This document shows positions 13,583-26,599 of a DNA stretch of 64,000 bases, piece after piece (within the stretch, counting starts at the first letter, position 1; the number at the start of each line of letters is the position of its first letter). Where the stretch lies: the NCBI GenBank assembly GCA_964016885.1, contig OZ024742.1, positions 234,732,001-234,796,000 on the forward strand, given 5' to 3'. The position numbers were made by a program, and so were the translations under genes. The notes under the pieces are model-generated. The model was not told where the DNA came from. It ran no database searches and saw only the letters and a list, made by a program, of their open reading frames with translations. The stretch is from Eledone cirrhosa. Its lineage: Eukaryota.

Positions 13583-13869
13583 ATTATTGTAAATTAAACA
13601 TAGATTGAACATTTACCTTGTCCATTGAACATGCTCTCTCTATAATTCAGTAGATACAATGACCTGTAAACTTTCATATCAAAATTTAAAGTCCAGCCAT
13701 TTTTTCCTTCATAGAACCTAGAATTTTTCAGTTAGATGATAGCATGTTATATAGATGGCAACAACATTTCTCTTCAACAGGAAGTCTAGAAGTTAGTTAT
13801 AGCTATGATCTGAACAATATCATCACCGTTTTACGTCCGTTATTCCATGCTAGCATGGGTTAGATATAT

Positions 13870-15446
13870 ATATATGTATCCATCATCATCATCATCATTT
13901 TTACGTCTGCTTTTCCATATTTGCATCCCTCCATTCATTATATCTTCATCTCCTCAGTGATTTGAGGTAAACTCTTACCACCTCTTCTCAGGTCTTTCTT
14001 AGTTTACCTCCACTGCAGCTTCCTTCCACTGGGATTTTCTGCTGCTTTTTCACTCAGTGATCATGATCCATGCGCATCACATGTCCATAACAACAGTCTT
14101 CTTTCCTGCATACGATCTTGGATTCCTCTTAGACCCAGCTTCTTCAGCTCGTCCAAGCTCTGCCTTTCTCTCAAACTTACATGGCACATCAACAAAGCAT
14201 GGTTGCTACATTTCTCTCCAGTCTACACATGTCATTTGCAGTCACAGCCCATGTTTCACTACCATACAGCATAACGCATCACACAAGCTTCATACAGTCG
14301 TCCTTTTGTACATATTGAGAAAACTTATGTAGTCAACAATGGGAATAACTCTCTAAACTTTTTCTATTGCATCCTTATTCTAGCTATTATGTTCTCCTCT
14401 GCTGCTAATTAAGTCACCTAGATAGCAGGAGCTATCAAACACTTCAATGGATCCTGCATGCAACTGGAACATGTTTATATCACTGATGTTCTTCCCCTCA
14501 ATTACCCCTGTGCATCTTCTACATACAAAGTCTTTCCTTCTCATTAGTCTACCTGTTATCCCACTACATCTCTTGTGTACCCAAGATTTACATTGTGTAC
14601 ATTGTATGGAGTCTATACCTACTCCTTTTCTACATATTAAACATGGCCACTTCCCCTGGGGAATCTGGGTTCTATCGTCTCTCCTACTCACTAGCACTTT
14701 CATTTTGGCTAAGTGTACTCACAAGCCTTTTGATTCCAAATTCAGTTTCCATAGCCGGAACTTATTTTCTAATCCTTTTATGGATTCAGTTATAAGGACC
14801 AAATCATTTGCACAGAGAATTTCACATGAACAGCCCATTTCAAACTCCTTTGTTATTGCCTGGAGAACTATGATGAACAGCATTGGGCTAAGAACTGAAC
14901 CTTGATGAACTCCTACATGTACTTTGAATTTCTCACTAAACTTACTTCCTACTCTCACTTTACTTACAGCTCCCCTGTACATGGCTTGCACTGCTCTCAC
15001 AATCCATTCGTCTATACCTAATTTTCTTAAGAGCCACTAGGTAATAGATCGAGGTACTCTGTCAAAGGCCTTTTCTAAATCAACAAAAGCTAAATATAGC
15101 TGCTTATTTTTAGCTAGGAACTTCTATTGTAGTTGCATCAGTAGAAAAAGGGCATCTGTAGTACTTTTCCAGGCATGACACCAAACTGCATCTCGTTTAA
15201 TTTGACTCTTTGCCTAATTAGCTGCACTATAACTCTTTCTATCATTTTATTAATTTGGTCCATTAATTTTATTCCTTTATAGTTACTCCTTTTTAGAACA
15301 TCACCTTTGCTCTTGTAGCAATTTACAATTGTACTGCTGCACCATCTTGATTACCTGATTGACTATTCAGGTTACTAGTTCTCCCAATGTTTTTAGCGTC
15401 TCAGCAACTATTTCTGATGGTGCCTCAGCTTTACCATTCTTCATCT

Positions 15447-15450
<4 letters not shown>
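13870..15450 (-). mobile_element. Degraded RTE-like LINE fragment
   Basis: ORFs 14719-15000 and 14380-14703 are RT and finger fragments; (cat)n tail near 13880. Confidence 0.9.
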
Positions 15451-15487
<37 letters not shown>

Positions 15488-16658
15488 TGTATATACTTGA
15501 ATATAAACTGATTCAAATATAATCCGACCCCCTATTTTATGTCTGAGAATTGGGCAAAAATCCAAACCTCATTTATAAGCCAAGGCAACTGATCAACACA
15601 TTAAGGTGCAATTTTAAAATTCTCATGAGTGGAAAAAATATTTATGAAGTTTTAATTTTTTGATATTTAAAATGTTTTAAGTGTTGAAATGCATAGTGAA
15701 TAGTTGAAAGATATCAACTAAGAGAACATTGAATAAGGATTCGGAGTAGAAGCAAGAGGAAGAGACTGCAAGTGAGAGACCAGAGGCAGAGAGAAAAAAA
15801 GAGAGGGTGTGAGTGAGAAAAGAGGGAGAGAGCAAGCGAAATAAAACAAAAGAAGATTGAAAGACAATTATGTAAGTCACAGAGAAAAACAGTCTATGCA
15901 CATGTGGGTATGTGTGCAAGTGTGTATGTACAGGGATATTTATGCATTAAACATTTCAAATAATATAAATTTTTACTTATTATTTTGTGAAATAAGCTAG
16001 CCCTTGTCTATATTTCTTATTTTATAGACAAGCTCAGAGGGACCAAACCCAGTTGCCCGCTCTGTCCGGTCGCCCTTCAACGTTTGGTACCTGGATGGCT
16101 CAGCTAAGACTGTAGTTGAGGACCTTCTGCTAATTATCCCAGGTAAGTCAGAGGTGGTAAATGTTAGCTACAGAGAGGCCAAATACCACGATGCTGTACT
16201 CAGCACCCATCCTGGCTTATCCAGGTCTCAGCACCCATCCTGGCTTATCCAGGTCTCAGCTAATGCCCATAGATGCTGTCTGCATTCTTGGCTCTCCAAT
16301 TCTCTCAAAAGCCATAAGAGTGTGCCTCAGGTCAAAGCACACAGGCTTGTCCTGAATGGCAGAGAGGTTGCATCTTATTGATGCTGACATAAGTAAAAAT
16401 TGGGTAAATTTACAGAAAAACACCCTCAGCTGTTTGTTGAGAAATTATTCTTTTTCCTAGGATTTTTCATGTTTTCAATGAATCTAACCTCCAGATCAGT
16501 TGAAAATAACTCATTTTTTTTTTTAGAAAATGGAAGGGAAGGAAGAGGGTGAGCCTTGGAGTTTCACATCCTTGGAGTTTTTTTTTTGGTGGGAATTTTT
16601 ATCCCCTAGATTTTTTTGTATGTTTTCAATGAATCTGTCTTTCAGATCTGTCGGAAAG

Positions 16659-16830
16659 TATCGTATTTTCTGGCGTCGAAGACGCTACTTTTTTCCTAAA
16701 ATAAGTCTAAAAAAATCTACCATGTGTCCTGGAGGCCGAAGGTTGTTTATTATTTTTTTCAAATTTTTGGTTGTTAAAATGAGGGTGCATCCTTAAGGAC
16801 GAAGCGTCTTCGGCGCTGGGAAATATGGTA
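16659..16830. mobile_element. MITE, pogo-like, about 170 bp
   Basis: TIR tatcgtattttctggcgtcgaagacgct / agcgtcttcggcgctgggaaatatggta. Confidence 0.75.
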
Positions 16831-17320
16831 ATAATAAAATGGGAGGTGTAAGATTATGTACAATATATATGTATGTTCGGTTATCTCTCTACCTTAGTTT
16901 GCTGAACACTCACATGCATGTATATTTGTGTGTATGTATGTGTGTGTGCATGTATATATATGTATATATATATATATATATATACATACCCTAACCCTAA
17001 CCCCTATCCTGAATCCTAGAAAAAAGATCAATTTCCCACTGAATGGTTGAGGTGTGTTTTTCTGTCAATTTACACACGATTGTTTCATTACTAAAGGCTC
17101 AAATAAATGTTCATACTGTATCTGGTTTAGAATACGTACACCATATCCCTGCATGTCGTAAGGAGTGAGTAAAAGGGTTAGTGTCACGAAGGACATCAAG
17201 CCATAAAAACGTTGCCACAAAAAGTTCCACCTAACCAATGCCAGCATGGAAAAGTCAACATAAAAATGATGATAGTGATGATGATGCTAATGATAATGAC
17301 AAAATTTTGTTGGTACCTAC

Positions 17321-17414
17321 TAATTAAATGGCCAGCCTCATCATAAATTGGTACTGACATGGATGAATACAAGGCTTCATCTCCCAGTAATTTCCCTCTT
17401 GAATATTGAATCTC
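17321..17414 (-). CDS. PDE10A: PDE10A-like exon, GAF-A (EIQYSRGKLLGDEALYSSMSVPIYDEAGHLI)
   Basis: tttttcag acceptor, gtaggt donor. Resembles PDE10 ERFPRG...SVLCLPIVTAIGDLI. Confidence 0.82.
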
Positions 17415-18054
17415 CTGAAAAATATATGAAAATTTTTAGTTATCAATTGATAACATATACATTTACCAATGTGTACTTGCTATTAATATCCACATTCAGT
17501 TTTAATATACAAATGTCTAAGATGTTAATGTAAAGTGGCTGGCATTAGGAAAGGTGTTCATCTGTAAAAACAAGGCCAAACAAAAGGCTTATGAAAGGCA
17601 TTCCATTTTTATCCATGCTGTATTTTTGTATACCTAGAACTACACTAACCAATGTGTTCTTTTTTTTAAATAATAGGGTTGAGTTGATAGAGATTTGGCT
17701 GCTATTTGTAGCATGTCAATCATCCACATAGAAATGATGTTTGTATATGTGTGTGAGTGTATATATATATATATATAATATAGTATAGGTGATTCACTGA
17801 TTTACTGGTGGTAGTACCAATAAAAACATGTAAACGAAAGTTCATCACCTCTTAATAAATATATATATGTACACATGTATGTGTATACACACACATATAT
17901 ATATATATATAATGACTAGATTCATATTTCTCACTAACAATTTATTTTATATTTGATACATATACAGACAAACCACACACATATACACCGTTAATACAAC
18001 CAGACACCATCACGAACAATGAATAAACCATTTCACCAATATATATGCAAATAC

Positions 18055-19570
18055 ACAGAAAGCCTTTGACAGAGTTCCACGTGCTGTAATCTGGTGGGCT
18101 CTTAGAAAACTAGGAGTAGATGAATGGCTTGTGAAAGCGGTACAAGCCATGTATAGGGGAGCAGTCAGCAAAGTTAGGATTAGCAATGAGTATAGCGAGG
18201 AATTTAGCGTACAGGTTGGGGTCCACCAGGGCTCTGTTCTTAGCCCTCTCCTGTTCCTCATAGTCCTGCAGGCAATAACGGAGGAGTTTAAGACTGGATG
18301 CCCATGGGAACTCCTGTATGCAGATGACCATGCACTTATAGCTGAATCTATGGTAGAACTAGAGAAGAAATTCCAAACTTGGAAGCAGGGACTAGAAAGA
18401 AAGGGTCTCAAAGTCAACATGACAAAGACTAAGGTCCTTGTAAGTAGACGAGAAAACAGAACCCAGATCCCCTCAGGGAAATGGCCTTGCTCAGTATGTA
18501 GGAAAGGTGGAGGTAGGAACTCCATTCTCTGCCCCAAATGCAAACAATGGGTACACAAGAGATGTAGCGGGATCTCAGGAAGCTTAATTAAGAATGTAGG
18601 CTTCTGCTGTACTGGGACAGCAAGCAGCAAACAGCCACAGGAAACAAGTACCACCAATCTCTGGGAGAGCTCTGTAGAAACAGTAGACAGCTTCTGCTAC
18701 CTAGGTGACCAAATTAGCAGCGGAGGTGGGTGTTCAGAAAGTACAATAACTAGAGTAAGAATGGGATGGAAGAAGTTCAGGGAACTACTTCCACTGCTAG
18801 CTGCAAAAGGCTTCTCCCTCAAAATGAAAGGCAGCCTGTATGATGCGTGTATCCGAACAGCAATGTTACATGGTAGTGAGACCTGGGCGCTGAAGGTGGA
18901 AGACTTACGTAGATTAGAAAGAAACGAAGCCTGCATGCTCCGATGGATGTGTAATAGTAATATACGCGAACGGCAAAGCATAAATGAATTGAGAGAGAGA
19001 CTGAGCATCAGAGGAATCAAATGCTGTGTGCAGGAGAGGTGGATGCGTTGGTATGGACATGTGATGCGTATGAAGGATGACAGCTGCATAAAAAGGTACA
19101 GAGCACTAGAAGTCAATGGAAGCTGCGGAGTGGGGAGACCCAAGAAGACCTGGGATGAGGTGATAGGGGCCGACCTTACCCAGTTGCACCTCTCAAAGGC
19201 GATGACACACGACCGTGACCTCTGGCGTCACGCAGTAATACAGAGTACCCGACCTCCCATGGGTACAAGCTGAAGCATATAGACAATATGCCCCCACACC
19301 CTCCCACTGCAAAGTGGTCGTGGAGGTGCCATGGCAAAAAAGCACCCAGCCCACACTGTAAAGTTGACGTGTAGGCGCCACGAAAAAGCACCCAGCACTC
19401 ACTGTAAATGAGGTTGGTGTTAGGAAGGGCATCCAGCTGTAGAAATAAAGCCAGATCAGTTCCTGTATGAGCAAGGCATGGTCAGCCGACCAGACACTGC
19501 CCACAACAGGACAACCCGTCTAACCCATGCTAGCGTGGAAGAACGGACGTAAAACGGTGATGATGATGAC
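18055..19570 (+). mobile_element. 5'-truncated RTE-like LINE with uninterrupted 380-aa C-terminal ORF
   Basis: ORF 18131-19273 with GVHQGSVLSP, YADD and CSVC..C..C..WVHKRC. 3' UTR ends in gacgtaaaacggtgatgatgatga. Confidence 0.95.
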
Positions 19571-19701
19571 ACACTAAAAAAATAAAAACATTTACATGTC
19601 CCACTTTTTCTATTTTTTATTTTGTAATCTATCTACTATTGTATTCTCCTGACGAAGGACTAACATCTGATATGTTGAACTTCTTTTCTCTCTTTTCCAA
19701 A

Positions 19702-19922
19702 TTGTAAACCTAATAATTGTTTCTACTTTAGGCACAAGGCCAGCAATTACCCAGTACATTACTGGTACTTTATTTTATTGACCCCGTAAGGATGAAAGGC
19801 AAAGTTAACCTCGGCGGGATTTGAACTCAGACTGTAAAGGGACGTAACTATGCTAGAAAAGCATGGTGTCCAACCCTCTACCGATACTGCCAATTCACCG
19901 CCCTTTTTGTAAACCTAATAAT
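19702..19922 (-). mobile_element. tRNA-derived SINE, full length, with 16-bp TSD
   Basis: Minus strand shows A-box TGGCAGTATCGG, B-box GAGTTCAAATCC and body ctttgcctttcatccttacggggtc. TSD ttgtaaacctaataat on both sides. Confidence 0.9.
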
Positions 19923-20489
19923 GCTAATTGTTTTTGTATCTCTGTGTTTGTCATTTCTTTATATAAATGGAGAGATGCTGAATAGGACCCATCAAATGAT
20001 GATGATGATGATGATTCTGTGGAGCACACAAAGACAAAGGCAATGGAGAGTGGACAGTCCCTTTTCCTCAGTCAACCTCTGGAAATCACTATAGTTTCAG
20101 TTCATCAAGGCTGATACTACTCATTCCAGTGCACATTGGGATGCAACAAAAAAAGTAGACACAAGACGAGTTATGCCTTTCAGTGAATTATACAAATAAA
20201 GACAAAAGAGAGAAAAAGATACTACAAACCAAAATGCATCAACTGAAAAGGAAGAGAAAGATAGAAATGGTGTGTGGGAGCTTTGCCAAAGGAGAAACAT
20301 AGAAAGGAGAGAAATAAAAAAAATATATTGACTACAGAAAAATGACATGGAGGCATAGAAAAGGTAAGAAGAGTGAATGAAGAAGAAAGACTTGGCATTG
20401 TAACGTCTAATATGTACATATATATATATATTTTGCCAAGAGTTTTTTGAAGAATAGATTGAGGAAAAAAGCACTCTGTGTAATGTACA

Positions 20490-22040
20490 GTGCCAAATAT
20501 ATTTGAGTGACCTGGTGGTAAAACAACCCAGTGGATAGAGCTATTAAAGCCAAGAGACAGGCATAGAAAGACTGGAAAAATGGAGGTAGCAGAGACCAAT
20601 ACCAAGTAGTTAAGAAAGAAGCTTGACAACAGGTATACACAGCTCAGAAAGAGGCTGAAAAAAGAATGTGAGATGTAAGGACTAGAGACGTGAAGTGTTC
20701 TGTATTGCAAGGAAGTGTGTCAGTATAAATTGGGATGCTGTTGGGGAAAAGTATATTAGAAATGACACTGATGCACTTAGTACCACTGATGCTCAAAAGA
20801 AAGACCTGGAAATGTTACTATGAGAGATTGATGAATGTAGAGAATGAATGGGAGGAGGAGAGACTATCCTTAACTTACCCAACAGAAGGACCAGTTATTG
20901 AAGTTGACAGTTATAGAGTCAAGAAGCAATCAAGAGGATGAAGAATGGTAAAGCTGGGGGATTATCAGAGATAGCTGCTGAGATACTAAAAACATTGGGA
21001 GAAGTAGGAGTCAATCAGGTAATACAGGACAGAGTCATACCCAATGACTGGTGCTGCAGTACAATCATAAATTGCTACAAGAGCAAAGGTGATGTCCTAG
21101 AAAGGAGTAACTATAGAGGAATAAAACAAATGGACCAAGTTATAAAAGTGACAGAAAGAGTTATAGCACAGCTAATTAGAGAAAGAGTCAAATTAGATGA
21201 GATGCACTTTGGTTTCATGTCTGGGAAAAATTCTACAGATGCCCTCTTTTTAGTGAAACAACTACAAGAGAAGTTCCTAGGCAAAAATAAGCAGCTATAT
21301 TCAGCTTTTATTGATCAAGAAAAGGCCTTTGACAGAGTACCTCGATCTATTACTTGGTGGTCCTTAAGACAATTAGGTATAGACGAATGGATTGTGAGAG
21401 CAGTGCAAGCCATATACAGAGGAGCTGTAAGTAAAGTGAGAATAGGAAGTGAGTGCAGTGAGGAATTCAAGGTAGAGGTAGGAATTCATCAGGGTTCGGT
21501 TCACAGACCACAGCTATTCATCATGGTTCTTCAAGCCATAACAGAGCAGTTTAAGAGTAAAGTTCACCAAAACTAATGAGAAGGAAAGAAGATAGGGCCC
21601 TGATTCCATTAGGGAAGTTGCCCCAGCTCAATATGTAGAAAAGGAGTAGGCATAAACTCTATAAGATGTGCAAATGTAGTGGGAAAACAGGTAGAGTAAC
21701 AGGAAGGGATGACTTTGTATGTTGAAGATGTACAGGAGTAATCGAGGGCAAGAGCATCATCATCATCATCATCATCATCATTTTACGTCTGCTTTTCCCT
21801 GCTTGCAAGGGTGATATAAATGTTTTCCAATTACATGAAAGGTCCATAGAAGTGGGTGATAGCTTCTGCTATCTAGGTGACTTAATTAGCAGTGGAGGAG
21901 AGTGCTCCAAGTGTATAATAGCTAGAACAAGGATAGGATGGAAGAAGTTTAGAGAACTACTCCCACTGTTGACAACAAAAGGTTTTTCCCTATTTACAAA
22001 AGTACGACTGTATGAAGCTTGTGTGAAGCGCTATGCATGT
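20490..22040 (+). mobile_element. Degraded RTE-like LINE fragment
   Basis: ORFs 20735-20941, 20938-21576 and 21852-22124 are RT fragments. A (cat)n tail fragment is inserted near 21755-21810. Confidence 0.9.
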
Positions 22041-22064
22041 GATGTTTGCATGTGTCATACTTAC

Positions 22065-22117
22065 CTGTTCATTGTTGCAATCAGCTATATAAAGATTAGC
22101 TCCATCAGCACTGCTGA
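22065..22117 (-). CDS. PDE10A: PDE10A-like exon, GAF-A (VSSADGANLYIADCNNEQ)
   Basis: cttttctttttaatag acceptor, CAG|gtaagt donor. Resembles PDE10 TKADGFALY. Confidence 0.88.
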
Positions 22118-22882
22118 CTATTAAAAAGAAAAGCATGCGCATTGTTATTGTTGATGACATGAGTTCAAATAGAGGTGTCTCCACTATGATTCATTCTATA
22201 TTGCTTCAATTTACCTAGCTTTTAGGTGCCCTCTCCAATGGAAAATATATTTTCTATCCAGTCAAAGTCACAAAACCAGAGTTATGCACAAACCCATTGA
22301 AAGATCCTGAATCTTTCATCATCTAGTCCTTGAACACTTTTGGACATTGAAGCTGGGCATCAGTCACATAAATTTCACCAGTCTGGGAGAACCTGAAAAT
22401 TGCAGGGGCACTGACCATTCTTTTCTAAATAACTTATAAAGTAGAAAACTTGAACATCTGTGAATTCTGCTAGTTATAGATCCAAATGTTTTATAGATAC
22501 ATTTCTCAACCCTTTAAAGCGACCCAAAAAATGTTTGAGGTATTAGGTGACATTTCCATTCATATAAGGCAGCTTACATAAAAGGCTTAACCATTTTGAT
22601 AACCCACTCACCCAAAACTGCCTCTGGTTCTATGAATCAAGTCCAATTTTAGAAAGTTCCTGTATAAATTAAAATCTTTCAACATAATTTGATATAGTAA
22701 CCTTTTGTTAAGTTATAACATGATATTAAGGAATCCTTCAAAAACTTCATTAATTAATTCAGGTACAATACATATTATTAGAAATATGGTTATGAAAAGG
22801 TTAATGAACTACTATAAAAATATATTTAGATTTTGGATTTGGAGATTTATATTTCAATTGAAAGGTGGACTTCACACTAATT

Positions 22883-25800
22883 ATCATCATCATCATCATC
22901 ATCGTTTAATGTCCATCTTCCACGCTTGCATGGGTTTGTACGGGAGTTTTCCCACTTGAGGCAAGAGTGGTTGTCTTGCTCGCATAGGACTGTATGGCAG
23001 GTTTTCTACGGCTGGATGCCCTTCCTAACACCAACCACGTTTACAGTGTGGACTGGGAGGTTTTTACCGTGTTACCTACACGGCCACATTACAGCGTGGA
23101 CTGTGTGTTTTTTTGTCGTGACACCTACACGACCTCATTTGTTTCGGACTGGATGTTGTGGTACCAACATAACTTTACATAGGAAGGGGTGGTGTGGATG
23201 GGGTAGGGGTAGTGGGGCCGGGGTGTATTTTTGTTAAAGGTGCCTACTGACTGAAGTAGGTTTCACTTTGTACTTAGGTAAGGCGGGTCTTCTGTATTAC
23301 TGTGTAGTGGCAAAGATCTCGGTCCAGTGACATTGTCTTGGAGAGGTGTAAGTGTGTGAGGTCGGAATTTATCAAGTCCTCCCAGGTTTTTCTGGGTCTG
23401 CCTACTCCGTGGCTACCGTCTATTTTTATTGCCCTGCACTTTTTTATACAGCTGTCGTCTTTCATGCACATCACGTGACCATACCAACGTAGTCTTCTCT
23501 CGAGTAAACAACATCTGATCCCTCTTATTTCTAATTTTTCCCTTAGTTCGTTTATGCTTTGCCATTCACATATATTACTATTACACATCCAGCGGAGCAT
23601 GCAAGCTTCGTTCCTCTCCAGTCTGTGTATATCCTCTGCACACAATGCCCAGGTCTCACTGACATGTAACATTTCTGTTCGTATGCAGGCATCATACAGC
23701 CTGCCTTTCATTTTTAGAGAGAACCCTTTAGCGGCTAATAGTGGTATAAGCTCTCCGAACTTTTTCCATCCAGTTCTGACTCTAGCTACTGTACTTTCAG
23801 AGCACCCTCCACCACTGCTGATTTTGTCACCCAAGTAACGGAAGGTGTCCACTATTTCTATAGAACCATCTGTGCAATGGAATAAGCTAGTATTCTGTGG
23901 GCACTTGCTGCTACTTATTGCACCAGAGCACCGGCCACATATATAATTTATATTCTTAGTTAACTTACCTGTGATCCCACTACATCTTTTATGCACCCAT
24001 ACTTTGCATTTGGGACATAAAATGGAATTTCTGCCTACTCCTTTCCTACACACTGAGCATGGCCATTTCCCGGATGGGACTGGTGCCCTATTTTCCTTCC
24101 TACAAACTAGAACTTTAGTCTTAAACAGGTTAATTTTAAGGCCTTTTGATTCTAGGCCATGCTTCCATGTTTGGAATTTCTTCTCTAGTTCAGCCATTGA
24201 TTCAGCTATGAGCGTTAGATCATCTGCGTATAGGAGTTCCCATGGGCAACCGGTCTTGAACTCCACTGTTATAACCTGAAGGGCAATAATAAATAGTAGG
24301 GGCTAAGAACGGAGCCCTGATGAACACCAACTTTTACGTTAAACTCTTCACAATATTCGTTGTTAATTCTAACCTTGCTGACTGTTTCTTTATACATGGC
24401 TTGTATAGCTCTCACAAGCCATTCATCAACACCTAGTTTTCTAAGAGCCCACCAGATAATGGAACAGGGGACTCTGTCAAAGGCTTTCTCCAAGTCGACA
24501 AAAGCTAAGTATAGGGGTTTACTTTTAGCTAGGTACTTCTCCTGTAGTTGTCGTACAATGAAAAGAGCGTCTGTGGTTCTTTTACCTGACACAAACCCGA
24601 ACTGCATTTCATCTAGATCAATTCGCTCTCTGATTAGTTGCGCTATTACTTTTTCTGTGACCTTCATGACCTGGTCGATTAATTTAATGCCTCTATAGTT
24701 ACCCCTATCTAGGGCATCTCCTTTACCCTTGTAGCAGTTAATGATGATGCTGCTACGCCAGTCCTTCGGAACAACCCCGTTCTGTATGACTTGGTTTACT
24801 ATCCGGGTGACCATGGTGTGTCCCACCGTTCCAGAAGCTTTCAGCATTTCAGCAACTATTTCCGAAGGCCCAGCCGCCTTACCTGTCTTCATATCTTTGA
24901 TTGCCTTACTTATTATACTACCTTCGACTAACACTGCTGGTGGCTCTATTGGATCGATGTGGGGGAGACTGTCTTACTCTCCTAATTTAGTAGCCTTTCG
25001 TAGTGACACTTCCAAGCTACTTTCTTATCAGTGTCAGTGATGGCAAGTACACCATCATCATTAAGGACACACTTCTCCCCGACAATATCACAGTTTTTCT
25101 TGACACATTGCCTAGCAATCCTGAACACCTCACGTTTTTGGTCCTCGCATTGTAGAACATGCTTGAACTTTCTTTCCTCTGCTTCCCTTCTTGCGAAGTA
25201 TACTTGTCTCCTAGCTTTCGTCCTGGCCACTTGATAGTCTTCTCTACTTCCCCCTTCCCGCCATACTTTCCAAGCCTGCTTTTTGGCCTTAATTGACTCC
25301 TCCACCTTACTGTTCCACCACCACGTTACTCTCCTCCTGCCTATAGGCCTGCTCCAGCCACAGACTTCATCTGCCGCCATCAGCAGGTTTGCTTTCAGGA
25401 ATTCCCACTGTTCCTCTATATTGTACGACTCTAATTGCTCTTCCTTACTGTTGAAAGCATCAAGTAATATGCTTTTAAATTTATTACTGGCTGTGGGGTC
25501 CTTTAGCTTCCATATTTTTCTCCTGAGGATAGTCCTCTTCTGTTGTCGAGTACATCTCGTCCTGACTATGAGGTCGCTAATTATGAGTCTATGTTGGGAG
25601 GTGCATTCTTCATGGGGGAGGGATTTAGTGTTTACAACAGACACTCTATCACGTCTTCTGGTAAGGATATAATCTACCTGGCTGGTATGTTCCCCTGATC
25701 TGTAGGTGATCAAGTGATTGTCTCATTTTTTGAAGTTAGTGTTACAGATAGTTAGGTTGTTTGCGTCACAGAATTCCAGGATTCTGGAGCCTTCCTCATT

Positions 25801-26420
25801 TCTAGTACAAAACCCATAGCCTCCATGGATTCTGTCATAGCCGTCACAATGTTGTCCAACGTAACCATTTAGGTCGCCAGCAATAATTATATAGTCACTG
25901 TCGGTTATTTGGGAGGTAGTGAGCATCAGTGTCTCATAGAATCTGTCTTTTATAACGCCAGGCAGTCCGGATTGGGGTGCGTACGCAGATATTACTGTCA
26001 CAGTAGTTCTATTTAGAACAAGTCTTATTTTAATTATTCTGTCATTCACTCTATTTACGTCTATTATCTTATCCACCCATTTTTCTGCTAACATGATTCC
26101 TACCCCACCCAGCCCATTGTCATTTCCCACCCAGAAAAGCTTATAGCATCGTCTTTTACCCACAATGAATCTAGCAGACCCGCCCCTCCACCTGGTCTCT
26201 TGAATACAGCAAACATCAACCTCCTTACGTTCAAGCATTTCTACAACCTCGTTAGAGCGGCCTTTTAAGGTGCCTACATTCATGGTACCAACTCTGAAGT
26301 TTTGGATTGCGTTTGGTGGGTGGGGCGCGGGGAGGGGTGAGGGGGATGAGGTTGGGGTTATGTTGGCCATCCGCAGCCGAAACAAAGAGTATCTATTTTT
26401 AATGTGTATCTCTTGTTTTT
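22883..26420 (-). mobile_element. Near full-length RTE-like LINE (AP endonuclease + RT + PHD-like finger), a few frameshifts
   Basis: Successive ORFs 25723-26385 (APE: TMNVGTL, CIQETRW, SAYAPQ, GDLNG), 24982-25713, 24269-24934 (NYRGI, FVDLEKAFD, GVHQGSVLSP) and 23274-24266 (LLYADD). (ATG)n 3' tail at 22883-22903. Confidence 0.95.
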
Positions 26421-26599
26421 TATACCATTCTATGCTCTACTGTACATTAGGTCATTAACGCCCTCCATCCTTGTTTTCTTTAGATATATTTTATGGCATA
26501 CTACATAAGAAAAGGCTGATAGAACACTCATTCAACTTTCCTCCAATTCTTGGAGGCAAGGGACAGTGGGAGTGATCTCCCTTTGACTCACACGCACAA

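Noticed and set aside
16989-17003. Telomeric (CCCTAA)n
   Set aside because: Only about 2.5 units next to a (TA)n tract.
18010-18657. Long antisense ORFs (also 18697-19143, 14447-14905, 25283-25672 and others)
   Set aside because: Shadow frames of LINE coding sequence.
18131-19273. Reverse transcriptase as a retron, DGR or group II intron system
   Set aside because: It is a multi-copy non-LTR retrotransposon with an AP endonuclease and a simple-repeat tail.
22215-22392. Candidate minus-strand exon with good AG and GT ends
   Set aside because: Stop codons in all three frames, and the flanking exons already join in phase.
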